This document shows positions 61,778-63,391 of a DNA stretch of 63,391 nt, piece by piece. The stretch is from an uncultured Cytophagaceae bacterium (GTDB taxonomy: Bacteria; Bacteroidota; Bacteroidia; Cytophagales; Microscillaceae). Both the position numbers and the translations under genes were made by a program. The stretch lies in the NCBI GenBank assembly GCA_964551015.1, contig CAZKBP010000003.1, positions 213,327-276,717 on the forward strand, read 5' to 3'. The notes beneath the pieces were generated by a model, which did no database searches, was not told the DNA's origin, and worked only from the letters and a program-made list of their open reading frames with translations. The number at the start of each line of letters is the position of its first letter. Position 1 is the stretch's first letter.

Positions 61778-63154
61778 GTGAAACGATTTTTTTATCTATC
61801 CGCTTATCTTTTTTTAATCTTATCCAGTCTTTCCTCTGCCGCCCAAGAAGTTAGCCCAGATTACTCTCTGGCGGGCTTCTGGCGGGGAGCCATTATCCGC
61901 ACGGGCAACTCCATCCAAGTGATGGAAGCCGAAATCTACCCGCAAGGTGACTCTATGGTGATTGCCATCATGATTCCCGAATGGACTTTCCGCCCGGCGC
62001 AGGTTCGAAAATTAGAAGTGGAACAAAACGTGGTGCGCTTTGATGCCATCTACGGGCAAGCACGAATGATCTTGGATTCTTCCTTTATGGAAATGGTGGG
62101 CACGGTTGGCTCGGCTTACCCACCCATCAATTTTCACTTGAAAAAGAGCCTCCGGCCTTACCGCCCTCAGATAGAGGAGCAGGCACTCGTCGTCAATCGG
62201 GCTGGAGCCAAGCTCGGTGGTACGCTCTTCCTGCCTTCCCGCTTACAAGAGCCAGCTGCTTGTGCGATTCTGGTGCACGGACGAGGCTGCGGTCCCCGGC
62301 AATATCTGGCCGCCCGCGCTCGCAAGCTCGCCGAATACGGCATTGCTACCTACGCCTACGACAAGCGGGGCAGTGCGCCCACGGGCTTTGACTGCGTGCA
62401 ATCCAACCACGAGATGGTCGTTCAGGATTTGGTGGCCGTGATCCAGATGCTTGCTGAGCAGACAGAGATCGACCCCGAGCGCATTGGCTTGCTTAGCTAC
62501 AGTGCTGGTGCTTGGATCGTGCCCGATGCCGCCCGGCGGAGTAAAGTTCCGGTGGCTTTTATGGCGACGGTGGTAGGGCCGCCCACGAGTGTGCGCGAGC
62601 AGCAGTTTGATGGCGTGGAAGCTTTTGCCCTCGTGGATAATTATTCGGAGGCGGCACTGCAAGAAGCCCTGGAGTACACAGAGTTGACTTTTTCAGAAGA
62701 AGACCCGCAGCAGATTTATCCGCGGATGCAAGAACTCTTGGTACTAGCCGAGCAAAATGGTTGGCGCGATTGGCTGGCCGATACCGACATTCCGCCCTCG
62801 GCAGAGAAAATCCCCGAACTGTGGGTTCGACGCTTTGCTTACGATCCAGGAGAGGATTTGAAGCAATTCCAAGGCCCTTTTCTCTCTATTCTAAGTGAAG
62901 ATGATCCAGTAGTGCCTTATCAGAAACAAGTGCAGCGATTTCAGGAATTGTTCGGAGCCGCGGGAAAAGAAAATTACAGCATCAAAATCCTGCAATCGGC
63001 TGGGCACGGACGCGGACACGGGGCAAGAGTTCGAGACCTGGGCTATAATGAAACCTTAGAAAGCACTTCTTATTACTATAAGTATTATCGCCCTGCTTAC
63101 GGTTCCATCCAGTACATCGTGGACTTTCTGGAAGAAAATGGTTTTTTGGATTAG
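61778..63154 (+). CDS. Secreted alpha/beta hydrolase (dienelactone hydrolase/S9-like)
   Basis: GTG start with a signal peptide (MKRFFYLSAYLFLILSSLSSAAQ), the HG region ILVHGRGCGPRQY and the nucleophile elbow LSYSAGAW. Confidence 0.7.
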   Translation: MKRFFYLSAYLFLILSSLSSAAQEVSPDYSLAGFWRGAIIRTGNSIQVMEAEIYPQGDSMVIAIMIPEWTFRPAQVRKLEVEQNVVRFDAIYGQARMILDSSFMEMVGTVGSAYPPINFHLKKSLRPYRPQIEEQALVVNRAGAKLGGTLFLPSRLQEPAACAILVHGRGCGPRQYLAARARKLAEYGIATYAYDKRGSAPTGFDCVQSNHEMVVQDLVAVIQMLAEQTEIDPERIGLLSYSAGAWIVPDAARRSKVPVAFMATVVGPPTSVREQQFDGVEAFALVDNYSEAALQEALEYTELTFSEEDPQQIYPRMQELLVLAEQNGWRDWLADTDIPPSAEKIPELWVRRFAYDPGEDLKQFQGPFLSILSEDDPVVPYQKQVQRFQELFGAAGKENYSIKILQSAGHGRGHGARVRDLGYNETLESTSYYYKYYRPAYGSIQYIVDFLEENGFLD

Positions 63155-63246
63155 ATTTCAGCAAAAAAATCTTTCCTTCGTTATTTCTGGCAAGAAGCAA
63201 AATCGAGTGTGGCTCGCATAGAATATCGCTAAACACGGGCGTGCAG

Positions 63247-63391
63247 TTGGGAAACTTCGCGGAGTTGGAGAAGTCTCAAGTTGTAAGATCGTTCTACGAC
63301 GATGGTTTGAGAAGTCTCCAGCGGTAAGATCGTTCTACGACGCTCGTTGGAGAAGTCTCAAGAGGAAAGATCTTTCAACGACGATCGTTGG
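63247..63391. repeat. At least 3 copies of a degenerate 40-42-bp tandem repeat (TTGGAGAAGTCTCAAG-nnnn-AAGATCGTTCTACGACG-nnnn), truncated by the window end
   Basis: Seen directly: units at 63265-63306, 63307-63346 and 63347-63387, with the next unit starting at 63388. Both the conserved blocks and the 'variable' blocks are short, and the whole unit repeats. Confidence 0.7.

Noticed and set aside
63247-63391. Possible CRISPR array at the window end
   Set aside because: The entire ~41-bp unit repeats, including the would-be spacers, which differ by only 4-5 nt. There are no unique spacers and no cas genes in view. It is a tandem repeat, not a CRISPR array.

Overview
This 63.4-kb window looks like a gene-dense chromosomal segment of a Bacteroidota genome. 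The taxon call rests on a fused CcoN-CcoO oxidase subunit, DUF2911, a propeller/Y_Y_Y sensor kinase and PadR+FtsX pairs, with GC estimated by eye at 45-50%. No transposase, integrase, phage structural gene or CRISPR array is visible; the window is mostly core metabolism. The features in order are listed below.

- 1..782: 3' end of an efflux membrane-fusion protein.
- 1067..2428: a TPR/transmembrane protein bracketed by a palindromic repeat.
- 2577..6790: DUF2911, a TonB-dependent receptor, a DUF360 membrane protein and an outer-membrane beta-barrel protein.
- 8146..10090: RarA and a GNAT acetyltransferase.
- 10279..17219: an alpha-glucan cluster of glgB and GH57, convergent with a GH31 alpha-glucosidase.
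- 17390..22477: an NmrA-like reductase, an aldo/keto reductase and a large orphan beta-propeller sensor histidine kinase.
- 22690..22860: a 42-bp tandem-repeat mini-ORF just upstream of the oxidase operon.
- 23087..29714: a complete cbb3-type cytochrome oxidase locus (ccoNO fusion, ccoQ, monoheme ccoP, ccoG, fixH, TauE/SafE-like) with a VHb-like single-domain globin gene between ccoP and ccoG.
- 29937..38172: AraC, acyl-ACP thioesterase, GT2, HIT, an HxlR+epimerase pair, a SurA-like protein, a SemiSWEET, a deoxyribonucleotidase and DeoR.
- 38401..44523: PEP carboxylase followed by sdhCAB (succinate dehydrogenase/fumarate reductase).
- 44717..47240: tRNA-Arg(ACG) with a strong terminator, two alpha/beta hydrolases and a ferredoxin.
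- 47381..53024: a betaine-type ABC ATPase with no permease, next to a divergent EgtD-like methyltransferase-fold protein, then GT4 and a MoeB-rhodanese protein.
- 53131..63154: a (CACAGAGA)n repeat, a GH2 glycosidase, then a PadR-FtsX permease operon followed by two PD40-like secreted proteins and an alpha/beta hydrolase.
- 63247..63391: a roughly 41-bp tandem repeat truncated at the window end.

The most interesting items are the globin inside the cbb3 operon, a recurring ACTCACAACC(C) palindromic element placed directly on start and stop codons, the EgtD-like methyltransferase plus orphan ABC ATPase pair, and several tandem-repeat loci.
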